A DNA stretch of 64,000 nt from Eledone cirrhosa. Taxonomy: Eukaryota. This document shows positions 12,237 through 25,035 of the stretch, piece after piece. The stretch is from NCBI GenBank assembly GCA_964016885.1, contig OZ024741.1:40238001-40302000 (forward strand), read 5' to 3'. The notes below the pieces were generated by a model. That model saw only the letters and a list, made by a program, of their open reading frames with translations. It was not told the DNA's origin and searched no databases. The first letter of the stretch is position 1; each line of letters starts with the position of its first letter. Made by a program: the position numbers and the translations under genes.

Positions 12237-13846
12237 TTATACTTCTCTTAGGTCAGTGTTGTTTGTTTGGGCGTTGTTGTTATTCCATTCATTCTTTCTG
12301 TTTAGTATTGGCCTTCTAAGTTCTATTTCACTGGCCTCTCTGATTTGCCTATCTGCTGGGTCATTTCTATGTTTAGATATTATTCTAATTTCTATGTTGT
12401 CTATGTTACCGTCGTGTTGTTGTCTGGCATGTTCGTATAGTACTGACCCGTTTTTTCGTCCTTTTATTTCCCCCCAGTGTTGGTCTATCCTTTCACCTAT
12501 GCTACGAGCAGTCTCGCCTATGTATGTTGTTGTCATGTTTCTGCAAGTACCCTCTGTACATCTTATGCTATAGACTACGTTTCTAGTTTTACAGTTTATC
12601 CGGGGGTTTACCTTACATATGATACATTTCCTAGTACAGTGGGTTTTCTTAAAAGGGTAGGTTTTGCTGATCAAGGATTTTATGGTGGTTCCTGGCTTTT
12701 CTACCACCTTAATCTTTAAGTGGGTCTTTCTCGGGGCCTTTCTACACTGGTTAGCTAATTTCCCTCCAGGGTTAGCGTTCACAAACATGACACTCTGGTA
12801 TCTCTGGTTGTCGTACCATGAGATAGCTTTCCCTATCTTATGTCTAGCCCTATCTAAGCTATTCCATGATTTGCTCCTGTATAATGGGCAAATTCCTTTC
12901 ATGTCCAGTTCTATGAGGGTCCTATACTTCTCCATGGCTCCTTCGTATACTCTGACTCTGTCTCTTTGGTTGTAGCCAGAGAACTGCATGCGGTTGATGA
13001 AGTGTTGGATGTGTCTTTCCATTTCTGTTGGGTCGCACATGCGGGACACATTCTTCATCACTCGTACCAAATCTGCGATCAGAATATTAAACTTAGCACT
13101 ACTGGACATTGCTGAGTTTTTGAGTATCAGGTATTTGGAGGCCATGGGTTTAGCATAGTGTGAGTGGAGAATTTGGGCTCTCTCGTCTATAGTGTTTATC
13201 CAGGGTTCCGTGTCTAATACAGGTAGTCTATTGTTAGGGTGTTTGGAAGGGAAGTCGATAGTTACAGTTATACTCTGGTGTATGGAATTAGCTATCTGCT
13301 GGATGCTTTCCATTGTGCTACGTTCTAAATCAAACTTGTTAGTGCTCTCTAGTGGGGGTGTTCTTATAACTATATTGATATTGTCTACGTAACGAGAGTA
13401 CATGATGAGGTGTATGGAGCTCTCATTAAGGAGATCTTTAAGTCTCCTTTCCCACCATACCATGAAAAGGTTGGCAACATCACAAGCTATGCTGACGCCA
13501 ATGGCTGCTCCCTCATTTTGGGTGTAGATCTTCTCGTTGAACTTGAATATGTGGCCCTTTAGGGTAGTTTTGATAGCCCCTATTGCATGTGCGACCATTT
13601 TTCTTACCTGATCATTGTTTTGGGGGTCCGTATAGCTTTGGTCCACCCAATCCACCTTCCCATGGGAGTCTTTTTTGCCATTGAGGTTATGGTGGGGGGT
13701 CTACCTCTTATGGGTCTACTGGGGCAGAAACGTCTAAGGTCATGGCTGTCTAGGTAGTCAGTGTCGTAGGTAAGTCTAAGTAGGAGGCCCAGTTCGTCTG
13801 TGTCGACGTCGCAGAAATCCACCTCACTCTCAATGATCATCTCCAC
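12237..13846 (-). pseudogene. Penelope-type RT + GIY-YIG endonuclease (frameshift near 13650)
   Basis: GAAIGVSIACDVANLFM, YSRYVDNIN, LPVLD, Cys linker CTRKCIICK, NVVYSIRC...YIGETARSIGERIDQH and REASEI...LN. Confidence 0.88.
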
Positions 13847-14063
13847 ACATTTTTCCTTTGATAAACTATATATATGTGTTTGTGTCTATATTGTATCTGT
13901 ATTATTTTTGACCGTTGGTCAGTCAATGGCAATATTGAGGACCGAATAAATTAGATTACCGATATAAAAGACACAGAAACGAAAAGCGAAAACCAACCAA
14001 ACAGTGAGTGTGTTCTGTTATTAATTCTGGCAATATTACACAAATATGGCCCTCCCCAAGTAT

Positions 14064-14103
<40 letters not shown>

Positions 14104-14118
14104 TTATATATATATATT

Positions 14119-14173
<55 letters not shown>

Positions 14174-14196
14174 TTATATATATATATATATATATA

Positions 14197-14240
<44 letters not shown>

Positions 14241-14560
14241 CTGTTAAAGAGAACATATGAACCCTAGACCATTTACGCTGCCATGTAGTATAGAATAACA
14301 CGTTTAGGTCGTTTTACTAACACATTGCTCCCACTAGCTAAGAAACCGAATTCTACACCTCGTCGTACGCACACACACACACTCTCGCGCGCACACACAC
14401 ACATGCACACATACATATGCATAGATAGATAGACACTAATGCATTTATACTTTCACATTCATACACATACATGTATAGACACACATACATATGTATATAT
14501 ATGTTTACATAGACACATACGCATACACCATCATACTCCCACATACACGTATATACCATA

Positions 14561-14742
14561 AATAATTGTTTCTACTTTAGGCACAAGGCCAGCAATTACC
14601 CAGTACATCACTGGTACTTTATTTTATCGACCCCGTAATGATGAAAGGCAAAGTTAACCTCGGCGGGATTTGAACTCAGACTGTAAATGGACGTAACTAT
14701 GGTAGAAAGCATGTCGTCCAACCCTCTACCGATACAGCCAAT
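14561..14742 (-). mobile_element. SINE S1
   Basis: Matches 5972-6155. Confidence 0.85.
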
Positions 14743-14779
14743 TCATAATATGTATATATATATGTATCTATATATATAC

Positions 14780-14822
<43 letters not shown>

Positions 14823-14834
14823 TGTGTGTGTGTG

Positions 14835-14958
<124 letters not shown>

Positions 14959-15401
14959 TAGATAGATATATAGATAGATAGATATGTATATATATATATA
15001 TATATAATGTATATCTAGCGATATACGGTATGTTTATGAATATACTATGGATTTTGGAAAATGATGACGTAGCTCCATCTAGCGGATTCCAGCATAAGGA
15101 AGAGTGAGTAACTGTCATTACTAATAAACTTATACGGATCAACGAAGAATCTTCTACAGGCTGACTACGTCTGATTGAAATAGTAGTTAATCTTCACTAA
15201 ATTATAACCCGAGCAAGGAAACCTACAAATAAGGCAGTCATAAGTTTATTAAATAAAAGTTTATCTAGAGTTAATCGCGATCTTTACCTTTATATGGAAC
15301 GTGACTAAAATGTTCAGTCAATTTGCATATAATACATGTGATTCAAATTAACGGCAGTTTCAACTACCAATAAATTATATACACAGACACATGCATACAT
15401 A

Positions 15402-15832
15402 CAGGGTGTCCCAAAAATGTATACACAACAAAATCTTTAATAAATGCATTTAAAATATTCAGTTTTATATGCATTGTTACGGCCCTTGCCATTCTGAGTT
15501 CAAATCCCGCCTAGGTTAACTTTGCCTTTCATCCTTACGGGGTCGATAAAATAAAGTACCAGTAATGCACTGGGATAATTGCTGGCCTTGTGCCAAAAGT
15601 AGAAACAATTATTTAAATTATATCGATAAAATAAAGTACCAGTAATACACTGTGATAATTGCTGGTCTTGTGCCAAATGTAGAAACAATTATTTAAATTA
15701 TGTAAACATTTTTGTGTGTTTACATGCAATTGAATTATGTTTGTAGATTATTTTATTTTTGGGAAAGGCTGTGCATTCTAATAAATATTGCCTGTACAGG
15801 TAATCAAAGTATGTATACATTTTTGGGGACAG

Positions 15833-15836
<4 letters not shown>
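15402..15836. mobile_element. Tc1/mariner-type MITE with a nested SINE S1 (about 15477-15700)
   Basis: TIRs CAGGGTGTCCCAAAAATGTATACA / TGTATACATTTTTGGGGACAGCCTA with TA flanks. Confidence 0.7.
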
Positions 15837-15875
<39 letters not shown>

Positions 15876-16285
15876 CTGTGTGTGTGTGTGCGTGTGTGTG
15901 TGTGTATAAAATACAATGCCTTCTCCCTGACGTCACATAAAATTCCATGCGTACATCTCATAGCTTAATTGCTATAAGTTATTGTCCTGTCTTGTCTCTT
16001 ACTCCATGGACAGCCTTTTGACTTGTGACACATGCTATGATGCTGGGTGGTCCAGCAGTAGCGTTGGTAGTGTTGGGAAAGTCCATCTGAACCGCCGAAG
16101 ACCCTGGAGTTCCCTGTCTTTCGTTTGTATTTTTATTTTAATATGACTTTTTGGGCTTTCTAAATAAAAAAAAGTTTTTCATTTTGTCGTATTTTCGTTT
16201 GTTGTCTTGTCTTCTTGTCTTCTCTTTGTTAATTTTCATAAGTTTATGTATATATATACATATATATATATACATATATATATAT

Positions 16286-16358
<73 letters not shown>

Positions 16359-16361
<3 letters not shown>

Positions 16362-16564
16362 AGACTAAAATCCAAAGAGCGCTCGATAAGGATAAATATA
16401 TATCAAATATATAAGAACCGCAGAGCACATATTTATTAAAATAACAGATTAAAGTTTAGGCAAAGAATCGCTGCTTTCACCCTTAACGGGATCTTCAGAA
16501 GATCCCGTTAAGAGTGAAAGCAGCGATTCTTTGTTTAAACTTTAATCTGTTATTTTAATAAATA
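16359..16564 (-). mobile_element. Fold-back element with its axis in a hammerhead core
   Basis: 67-bp arms 16430-16496/16498-16564 and tail 16359-16429. Minus strand: CUGAAGA uccc-guuaa-gggu GAAA gcagcga UUC. Confidence 0.7.
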
Positions 16565-16582
16565 CATACATATATATATATA

Positions 16583-17845
16583 CTAGCATTAAAGCCCGGC
16601 GTTGCTCGGGGTCATTAAGTTACCAAAGTTAGGTTGCACCACCCATTTTATGGCAGCACTTTTTTGTCTGCCAGGCACTGGTTGAATGAATTGCAGACCT
16701 GGAAGCAGGAGCTGCGCCAGCAGTGACAATTGTAGCTTCGCCTATGGATATTATCTCTGTGCAAAAAAGTGTTGAAATTTATTGTTTCACAGTACTTGCG
16801 CAACACGCGCGTAGACGATGCCAGCCGAACAACAGAGCTGCGATGGAGTTGTTCTGCATGGTTGTCTGTGTGTTTTCTAAATTTAAGACAGTAGGGAAGG
16901 TTGTGATGTGAGGGAGAGTTAGCTGTTGTTTCTAGCAGGTTTAGTGACCTCATAGAGGATATGTGTTTTCTAAATTTAAGACAGTAGGGAGTGGTGTGAT
17001 ATGAAGGAGAGTTAGCTGCTGTTTCTATCAGGTTTAGTGCCCTCATAGAAGATATGTTTTCTAAATTTAAGACAGTAGGGATGGGTGTGGTATGGGGGAG
17101 AGTTAGCTGCTGTTTCTAGCAGGTTTAGTAACCTCATAGAGGATATGTGTTTTATAAATTTAAGACAGTAGGGAGTGGTGTGATATGGGGGAGAGTTAGC
17201 TGCTGTTTCTAGCAGGTTTAGTGACCTCATAGAAGATATGTTTTCTAAATTTAAGACAGTAGGGAGGGGTGTGGTATGGGGGAGAGTTAGCTGCTGTTTC
17301 TAGCAGGTTTAGTGACCTCATAGAGGATATTATTGTTTATCATTATCTATGAAAGCAGATTGTTGTTGTTGTTGTTGAAGTGAGTGTGTGTTTGTATGCG
17401 TTTGGAAAAGAGGTTTTAAAAAAGATTTATCGCTTGTTGTTGAATAAATGTATCTGTTGCTTTTGAATAATTGTCGTTTCGTATGAAATGTAATAATTTG
17501 AAGTATAAAAGAGAAAGTAGCAAAATGTGTGGGTTGTAGATAAAGGGAAGCAGATGATATGAGAGAGTAAAACGGACAGTATCACCATCAAGCTTGGAAA
17601 GAGAAAGTAGCAGAAAGTATGAAGTTGTATAGATTTTGAATGGTAGTGGAAAGAGTTTAGCAGTTTAAATGACAGAGAAAAATCGTAAAATATTGAGTTT
17701 TATCTATTTTTGGCGTAATTGTGGGTGAAATTGAAAAAATGAGATGTGCCAAGACGCAATCGAAACTATTTCAATTGAAGAAATTCTATATCGTAGATTT
17801 CTATAAGAAAGGAGCATGACCACACACTGAGCTTTATAGATTATG

Positions 17846-17846
<1 letters not shown>
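16583..17846 (-). mobile_element. Non-autonomous Helitron with an internal ~91-bp tandem repeat (about 16868-17330)
   Basis: Minus strand starts A|TCATAATCTATAAAG and ends with hairpin CCCGAGCAACGCCGGG, then CTAG|T. Confidence 0.7.
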
Positions 17847-17920
<74 letters not shown>

Positions 17921-18193
17921 AGTGTGTATGTGTGTGTATATGTGTGTGTGTGTGCAAAACGTAAACAGAAATAACAAAGCAAACGACACAGTACATTGAA
18001 GAAATATATTAGTTTAAAGCTTGAGTTAATAGGAAAATGTTGTTAATGTTTCGAATACTAGTCCTTTGTTAGAAGATAGAATGAGAAATGCAACATAAAA
18101 TAGAAAATAGAGTGAGAAGAGGAAAGAAGGGAAACAAATTGAGAAAAAACACACATGCTTATTTAGTCAGCCATTTTACACACACCCACACAC

Positions 18194-18244
<51 letters not shown>

Positions 18245-18445
18245 AGAGAGTCGATGTCAGGACGCCAGTCCATCGCAGCGTTAAACCCCCAGCTATTGCT
18301 GGTACATATTTCCAGCTGAGTATACTGGAGCAATGTGAAATGAAGTGTTTTGCTCAAGAATACAACACGCAATCCAGGAATCGAACCCATGACATTATGA
18401 TTGTAAGTCGAACACCCTTACCACTAGGCCACGTGCCTCTACTGC
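18245..18445 (-). mobile_element. tRNA-derived SINE (family S2)
   Basis: TGGCCTAGTGG A-box and GGTTCGATTCC B-box, followed by the body CTTGAGCAAAACACTTCATTTCAC. Confidence 0.8.
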
Positions 18446-19353
18446 TATGCAATGTAGTAAATATAAACGATCTAGTGCGCATAAGAATATGTATATAAGT
18501 ATGTAGTTATGCAAAACTGTAAAAGAAACAGATGACTGATGCTTGTGCGTAAAACATCTAACCGTACAAGGGTACAATTGGAGATGTATAGATAGATGTC
18601 TTTATATTCGTCAAATTCAGAAATGATAAAAGTAATATTATTCAAGTTTTTAATATTGAAATATATTGAGTACGAATTGCTGGCGGAGACAACCATTTGA
18701 AAGTATATAATTTATAAAATAAATATTTTTAAGCTGTCTATAATAGTCAAAACTTTCTGATTGTTCATTTAATTCGAATGATTCATCATTTTTGAAGCAG
18801 TGGAAAGAGCAGAGAGAGAATACAGAACATTTGTAGGGAAACTTAAATTGTGTTTTGGCTAATCATTTGAGTGGCCTTTCTCTGGTTGCGATTTTACTCT
18901 GGCGTTAAAAAGAAGAGATGATTAATTCCTGTGTGCTCCATTAAAGATGGCGTCCGATCACTCAGGGGGCAGCGGTCATTATAGTATTCGTAGAAAATAT
19001 AGGTAGAAGATAGTCCTTTGTAGTTGCAATTGAAAATAAATAAAAAAACAAAAAGACAAGAAACAGCAAAAGTGGAGGTGTAGTACATTATTTTGAGCTT
19101 TACCTGTAGAATTTTAATATTTTCAACGTTTTTATGGCGTTCAAAGGAAAGGTTTCATATGATATGCCATCCATCCAGTTTTAAGAGTAGGCTAATGGAG
19201 AATCTCGTAATATGAGTGGGTAGGGGTTTTAATTTATGTTCATCATATATGCAGCGATTGTGGTCTTTATTTTTTTCTTTTTGGCTGCCGAGGAAGACAT
19301 GATTGACGAAAGTACATGTAAATGTGTAGGTTGACAATTAAGAAAAGGTCTTC

Positions 19354-19398
<45 letters not shown>

Positions 19399-19400
<2 letters not shown>

Positions 19401-20007
19401 GTAGGAGGTGAGTTTTATTGTAGTACAATAAAGCAATGCAGATATCGGATAAGAAGCACTCTACAATTTGTAGGACTGGAGTATACATAATATATAGGAT
19501 CAAAAGATGGTTAAAAGAGTTCCATGTATTTTATTATGCACATTTCAAAAACAAATATTATCATGCAATAATATTTGTGTTTTCATCAGATAAAATAGGA
19601 AGACATGATATGAAGGTTAAAAAACACTTTTGAATAGTGCAGTTCAATATATTTTTCTCAATTATAAAAGCTATCTCTCTCTCTCTATCACCCATCTCTC
19701 CTCCTATCTCATCCTTCCTCATTATACTCCTCCCCTACACTTTTTACTCTCATCTCCTCCTCTTTTTCATCCTTTCCACCCACCCCCCTCAACATTTTTT
19801 TTTTTTTCCCAATATCACATCAATCTAAAACTACTTTTCATATGTTGATTCAAAACTGCACTATTCACAAGTGTTTTTTAACCTTCATATCATGTCTTCC
19901 TATTTTATCTGATGAAAACACAAATATTATTGCATGATTATATTTGTTTTTGAAATGCGCATAATAAAATACATGGAAATCTTTTAACCATCTTTTGATC
20001 CTATATA
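19399..20007. mobile_element. Fold-back element with a complete hammerhead in each arm
   Basis: Arms 19491-19644/19854-20007, a ~210-bp spacer, tail 19399-19490, and (TA)n on both sides. Confidence 0.8.
19901..19971 (+). ncRNA. Type I hammerhead ribozyme (mirror copy on - at 19527-19597)
   Basis: uauuuuau CUGAUGA [aaacacaaaua...uauuuguuuuu] GAAA ugcgca UA auaaaaua: 8-bp stem I and palindromic stem III. Confidence 0.8.
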
Positions 20008-20008
20008 T

Positions 20009-20168
<160 letters not shown>

Positions 20169-20267
20169 GTATATATGTGTATGTAGTATGTATACATATA
20201 TATATGTATGTAGTATGTATACATATATATATATATTCATATATAAATATACATATATAAATATACA

Positions 20268-22415
20268 AATTCGGTTTTAGGACTTGTAAAAACCCACCCA
20301 CCAACCCACTATTAGATGCATTTGAGCAGGACCTTATGAACTTAATCCTTAAAATTAAATTCAAAGGACGCAACACCAACAGCAAATTACAGAAAGATAT
20401 AAAAAAAACTACTGGACGACCATAAAAACACCAAAGGAATTGTAGTAAAAGCGGACAAAACATCAAACCTGTATACTATGGATTGCACTACATACAACAA
20501 CTTCATTCGAAAAGAATTACATAAAAAATATAGAAAAACGAATGAAGTAACTCTTAAGCACATCAATGATGAGGCATGCGAAATAGTGAAAAATCTCGGA
20601 ATCGAAGATAGGACAGGACCACTCTTACCGGCGGTACCCACCTTCAATCTTAAGGACCATAAGGTAAACTTTGATAATGACCCTAAAATTAGATTAATCT
20701 GCCCCTCTAAATCAGATATAGGTAAAATAAGCAAATAAATCTTAGATAGAATCATCCCCCAAATTAAGGCTAAGGTTAACATTAAACTCTGGGGGAAGAC
20801 CCAAGAAGCAATAAGATGGTTTAATAGCATTAGCAATAAGAATAAATCTAAGTTTATCCAGTTTGATATCGATGAATATTACTCATCGATATCACCTGAA
20901 ACTTTGAATAGAGCTATTAAGTTTGCTAAGGATAACTATGACCTTACAAACGATGAAATTAAGATTATATTAGAAGCTAGGAAAACTATAGTCAAATTTG
21001 AGAACAGTTATTGGGTACGTAAAGATAGACCCTCTAACTTTGTCATAACAATGGGCTCTAACGATTCGGCGGAAATAACTGATATTGTGGGATTATTTAT
21101 CGCCTTTAGACTCCAGGAAAAATTCAGCAATCTCCACGGCGGAATATACCGCGACGATGTTCTCCTCCTAGTTAAAAACCTAAATAACCAAAAACTAGAA
21201 AAACTACGCAAAGATATAAGAAAACTACTACTCGAAATAGGACTAACTATAACATATGAATACAACCTTAAAGTAGTTAACTTCCTGGATGTCACACTCA
21301 ATTTAAACTCTGGTTTGATTAAACCGTTTCATAAATTGAATGAAAATCTCAAATACGTAAATGTTGGGTCTAACCACCCCATCTCTATAATTAAATCTAT
21401 CCCTAAAAATATTTCCCTTAGAATCTCGGGTCTATCTTCTAACATACAAGTATTTAAGGAACACGCCGAGTACTACGATAACGCCCTTAGTAAAGCAGGC
21501 TACCTCAACAAAATAGAGTATATAGATGGGAACAATCAAAACACCCAAAATAAATCCCACATAGGTAGATATAATAACACAACACCAAACCACACTTACT
21601 ACCATAGTATGCACACCAGTAAACCAACAAACAAAACTAATAGAAAGCGATGCAAAGAGTACTTATGGTATAACCCCGAATACAATAGTTCCATTAGTAC
21701 AAATTTACCAGTAATCTTCTTTAAAATAATTAAGAGACATTTTCCTACATCACACAAATACCACAAAATCCTAAACCCTACCACTATAAGACTGTCATAC
21801 TCTACAGCGTTAAACCTTGAACAACACATAAAAAAGATCAATACTAGAAGGTTAAACGAAAACACTAAGAACTTAAGTACAAAGAACACAAAAAAAACAG
21901 TAGACAATACACTACAGAACATAAATAAACCACACCTATGTTCGTCCGCAATACTACTCCAGAGAAAACCCAACGTACACAACTGTAACTGCACCTATCC
22001 TGACAACTGCCCCCTCGGCACTAACTGCCTGGAAAAAAATATTATTTATAAGTGTACCATTAAATCCGGAGGCAACGAGTGGTATTACGTGGGATCAACG
22101 GCAACATCGTTTAAATCTCGATTATATAGGCATTCTTACTCAATAAAACACCAGAGCCAAAGAAATGTAACAACTTTAGCAGAAAAAGCTTGGACGCTCA
22201 GGGATAGCGATCAAAAGTTTACCCTAAAATGGGAGAAATTAGCTAAAACCCAAAGCTTTTCCAGGAGCCAAAATTTCTGCAAATTGTGTAATCTTGAGAT
22301 TTATTACATAATCACACACAAGAAGAAACTGCTGAATAACAGAATTGAACGAACATTATTCTGCCGTCACAGAACTAAAACCCTTTTTTCCCACTACAAG
22401 CCGAATATTACATAA
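20268..22415 (+). pseudogene. Penelope-like RT + C-terminal GIY-YIG (one frameshift near 20405, one in-frame TAA at 20736); element extends to about 23440
   Basis: [68 protein letters not shown] and CRH. Confidence 0.88.
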
Positions 22416-22528
22416 AAGAGGGACATCCCCCCAACTATATAAACCTCAATCTAGTTAGAAAAATATAAAAACAATCTCTTCTCAACATATATTAATAACC
22501 TTAAATTACCACACTAATAATGGAAAGA

Positions 22529-22586
22529 TATGCTGATGAGAATAGGTGCAAATATGCGATAATGAATGTGTCTAAAAACGTCCATA
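22529..22586 (+). ncRNA. Degenerate hammerhead downstream of the PLE ORF (second remnant at about 23278-23330)
   Basis: uaug CUGAUGA ...uaggugca...ugugucua AAAAC GUC caua: stem I is intact, but G12 is replaced by A. Confidence 0.45.
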
Positions 22587-22701
22587 AGTATGTATATATA
22601 TGTGAAAATGTATATAAATAAGTAAATATATATATATGTTTGATGTGTATAGTTAGATGTAAGTGTATTCATGTATTAAAGTGCTTATATATATATATAT
22701 A

Positions 22702-22737
<36 letters not shown>

Positions 22738-23442
22738 GATGTGTATGTATATGTATATGTGTACACATAGACTAGAGTATGTATGTATATATGTGTGTGT
22801 CTACACGTGTGTATATAAAGATAAGTTGAGTATGAAAATGTATACACATGAACGCGTATGTATGTACATGAATAGATGTGTGTATATATATATGTATGCA
22901 TGTGTATATGTATGTAAGTATGAATATGTGAATGTGAGTATATGTATTTTGTAGAGGTGTGCAAATATATTTGTGTGTGAATGCGTGGGTGAAAGGATAC
23001 GTACACTTGAAATAAAAATTTAAGTCTGAATGTTAATTAAGTGCAAACACAAAACCAACCACGCATATCTTTACTATCTCTAATCCTTCTATAGATTTAG
23101 AAAAATAACCAATAATATATTCTATAAAAATGTCAAAACAACAGATGGGAATCTAATTACTCACTGCCACCAAAAATTCTCACTGCTATCAAAAAACCAC
23201 TCCCTCAACTATTCTTCTAACAACTTCACCCCTCCCTCCTAATATTCTCTATAAAAACCAAATAGGTCCTCAGTAATATTATTCTGATGAAATGACAGTA
23301 AATAATTGTTTCTATTGAAATATTGAATGTCTGCATAACTAAAACTTTGTAGATAGCAGCTGTTTTCAGGTTATGTAACTGTTATAGAAACACGTGTCAA
23401 TAAATTCCTTTCAACTAAACTGTATCCATTCAAATCTTTCTA

Positions 23443-23508
<66 letters not shown>

Positions 23509-23523
23509 CATATATATATATAC

Positions 23524-23621
<98 letters not shown>

Positions 23622-23694
23622 TAATATATATATATATATATATACAATAAATATATATATATATACACATACATACATACATACATACATACAC

Positions 23695-23726
<32 letters not shown>

Positions 23727-24065
23727 TGAGGGACTCATTTTATAACATGTTATCCATGTGCAACCAGCAGTATTCTTCTCACCCATATTTTTTATACATA
23801 CATACATACATACATACATACATACATACATACATACATACATACACTTATATATATACATATATATTGGTTTGGCACAGCAATTCTAATTTAAATTATC
23901 TGATTAATACTTTATTTATTTTTTATTGAAAACAGCATGTTAAAGTAATTTCGGGTTTTTTGTTTATTTAGCTATTAATTTGGCCAAGGATCATATCATA
24001 TCCCCTTATTAAACAACTTTCAGACTATTGAAACAGTTGGGGCTTCTCAAATGTCCTATGTTATC

Positions 24066-24185
<120 letters not shown>

Positions 24186-24293
24186 TTGATATATATATAT
24201 ATATATATGAATGTGTGTATATACATACACCTGCCTCCAGACACGCACACATACACACACATGCACATAAACACACACACACACACACATACG

Positions 24294-24333
<40 letters not shown>

Positions 24334-24430
24334 CATCGTACCCGTCAAAAATGTCGAGATGTGTAGTATATATATTTAATATAAAAATTCTTTGATTACA
24401 ACATTCAATGTGAAGACATTCTAACCACAT

Positions 24431-24508
24431 TTCTTCTTCTTCTTCTTCTTCTTCTTCTTCTTCTTCTTCTTCTTCTTCTTCTTCTTCTTCTTCTTCTTCT
24501 TCTTCTTC
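24431..24508. repeat. (CTT)n microsatellite
   Basis: Read directly from the sequence. Confidence 0.95.
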
Positions 24509-25035
24509 TCTACGGCCAACGTCGTATTATACTGTACATTCGTTGAAACCAAATATAATAATTATAGCTATTATATAAACCATGGCTTACTTAGTGCTGC
24601 AATAAAGACAACAACAAAAATAAAATTGACTATGGTAGACGATAACAACAATAACAAGAATCATATGAACGAACGTTGGGTAACTTTCTTGTTATTGCTA
24701 ACGTTATCCGAAAATAGAGAGATGGGGGGGGGGGTTAGACTGGTAGATAATCAGATAAATAGATAGAGAGAGAGAGAGAAAGACAGAGAGGGGGGGGCGA
24801 ATGATAGATAGATATATATATTTCTTTATTTACCATAAAGGCATAAAAAGAAGGGACAAATACAAAGGGGGAGTTTACATACAATCGAGTAAAAAGGGTA
24901 TAAAATGAAAATAATCGAAAATAACCTCAAAAGGGAGGGGACGTGATGGGGGTTGCACACACCCCCGAAAAAGTGTGCAATCCTTTGCCCGGGGAGCACA
25001 TGGAGAAGGTGCTCCCCTCTCCTTTACTTCTTTAC

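Larger units (their letters stand above)
11853..14070 (-). mobile_element. Penelope-like element (5'-truncated) with an inverted terminal fragment, inserted in (TA)n
   Basis: Contains an RT+GIY-YIG ORF. 13856-13887 and 14050-14070 are reverse complements of 11895-11949. 11853-11894 is an unpaired tail. Confidence 0.85.

Noticed and set aside
20736-20738. In-frame stop in the PLE ORF as possible selenocysteine recoding
   Set aside because: The codon is TAA, not TGA, and the ORF also has a frameshift.
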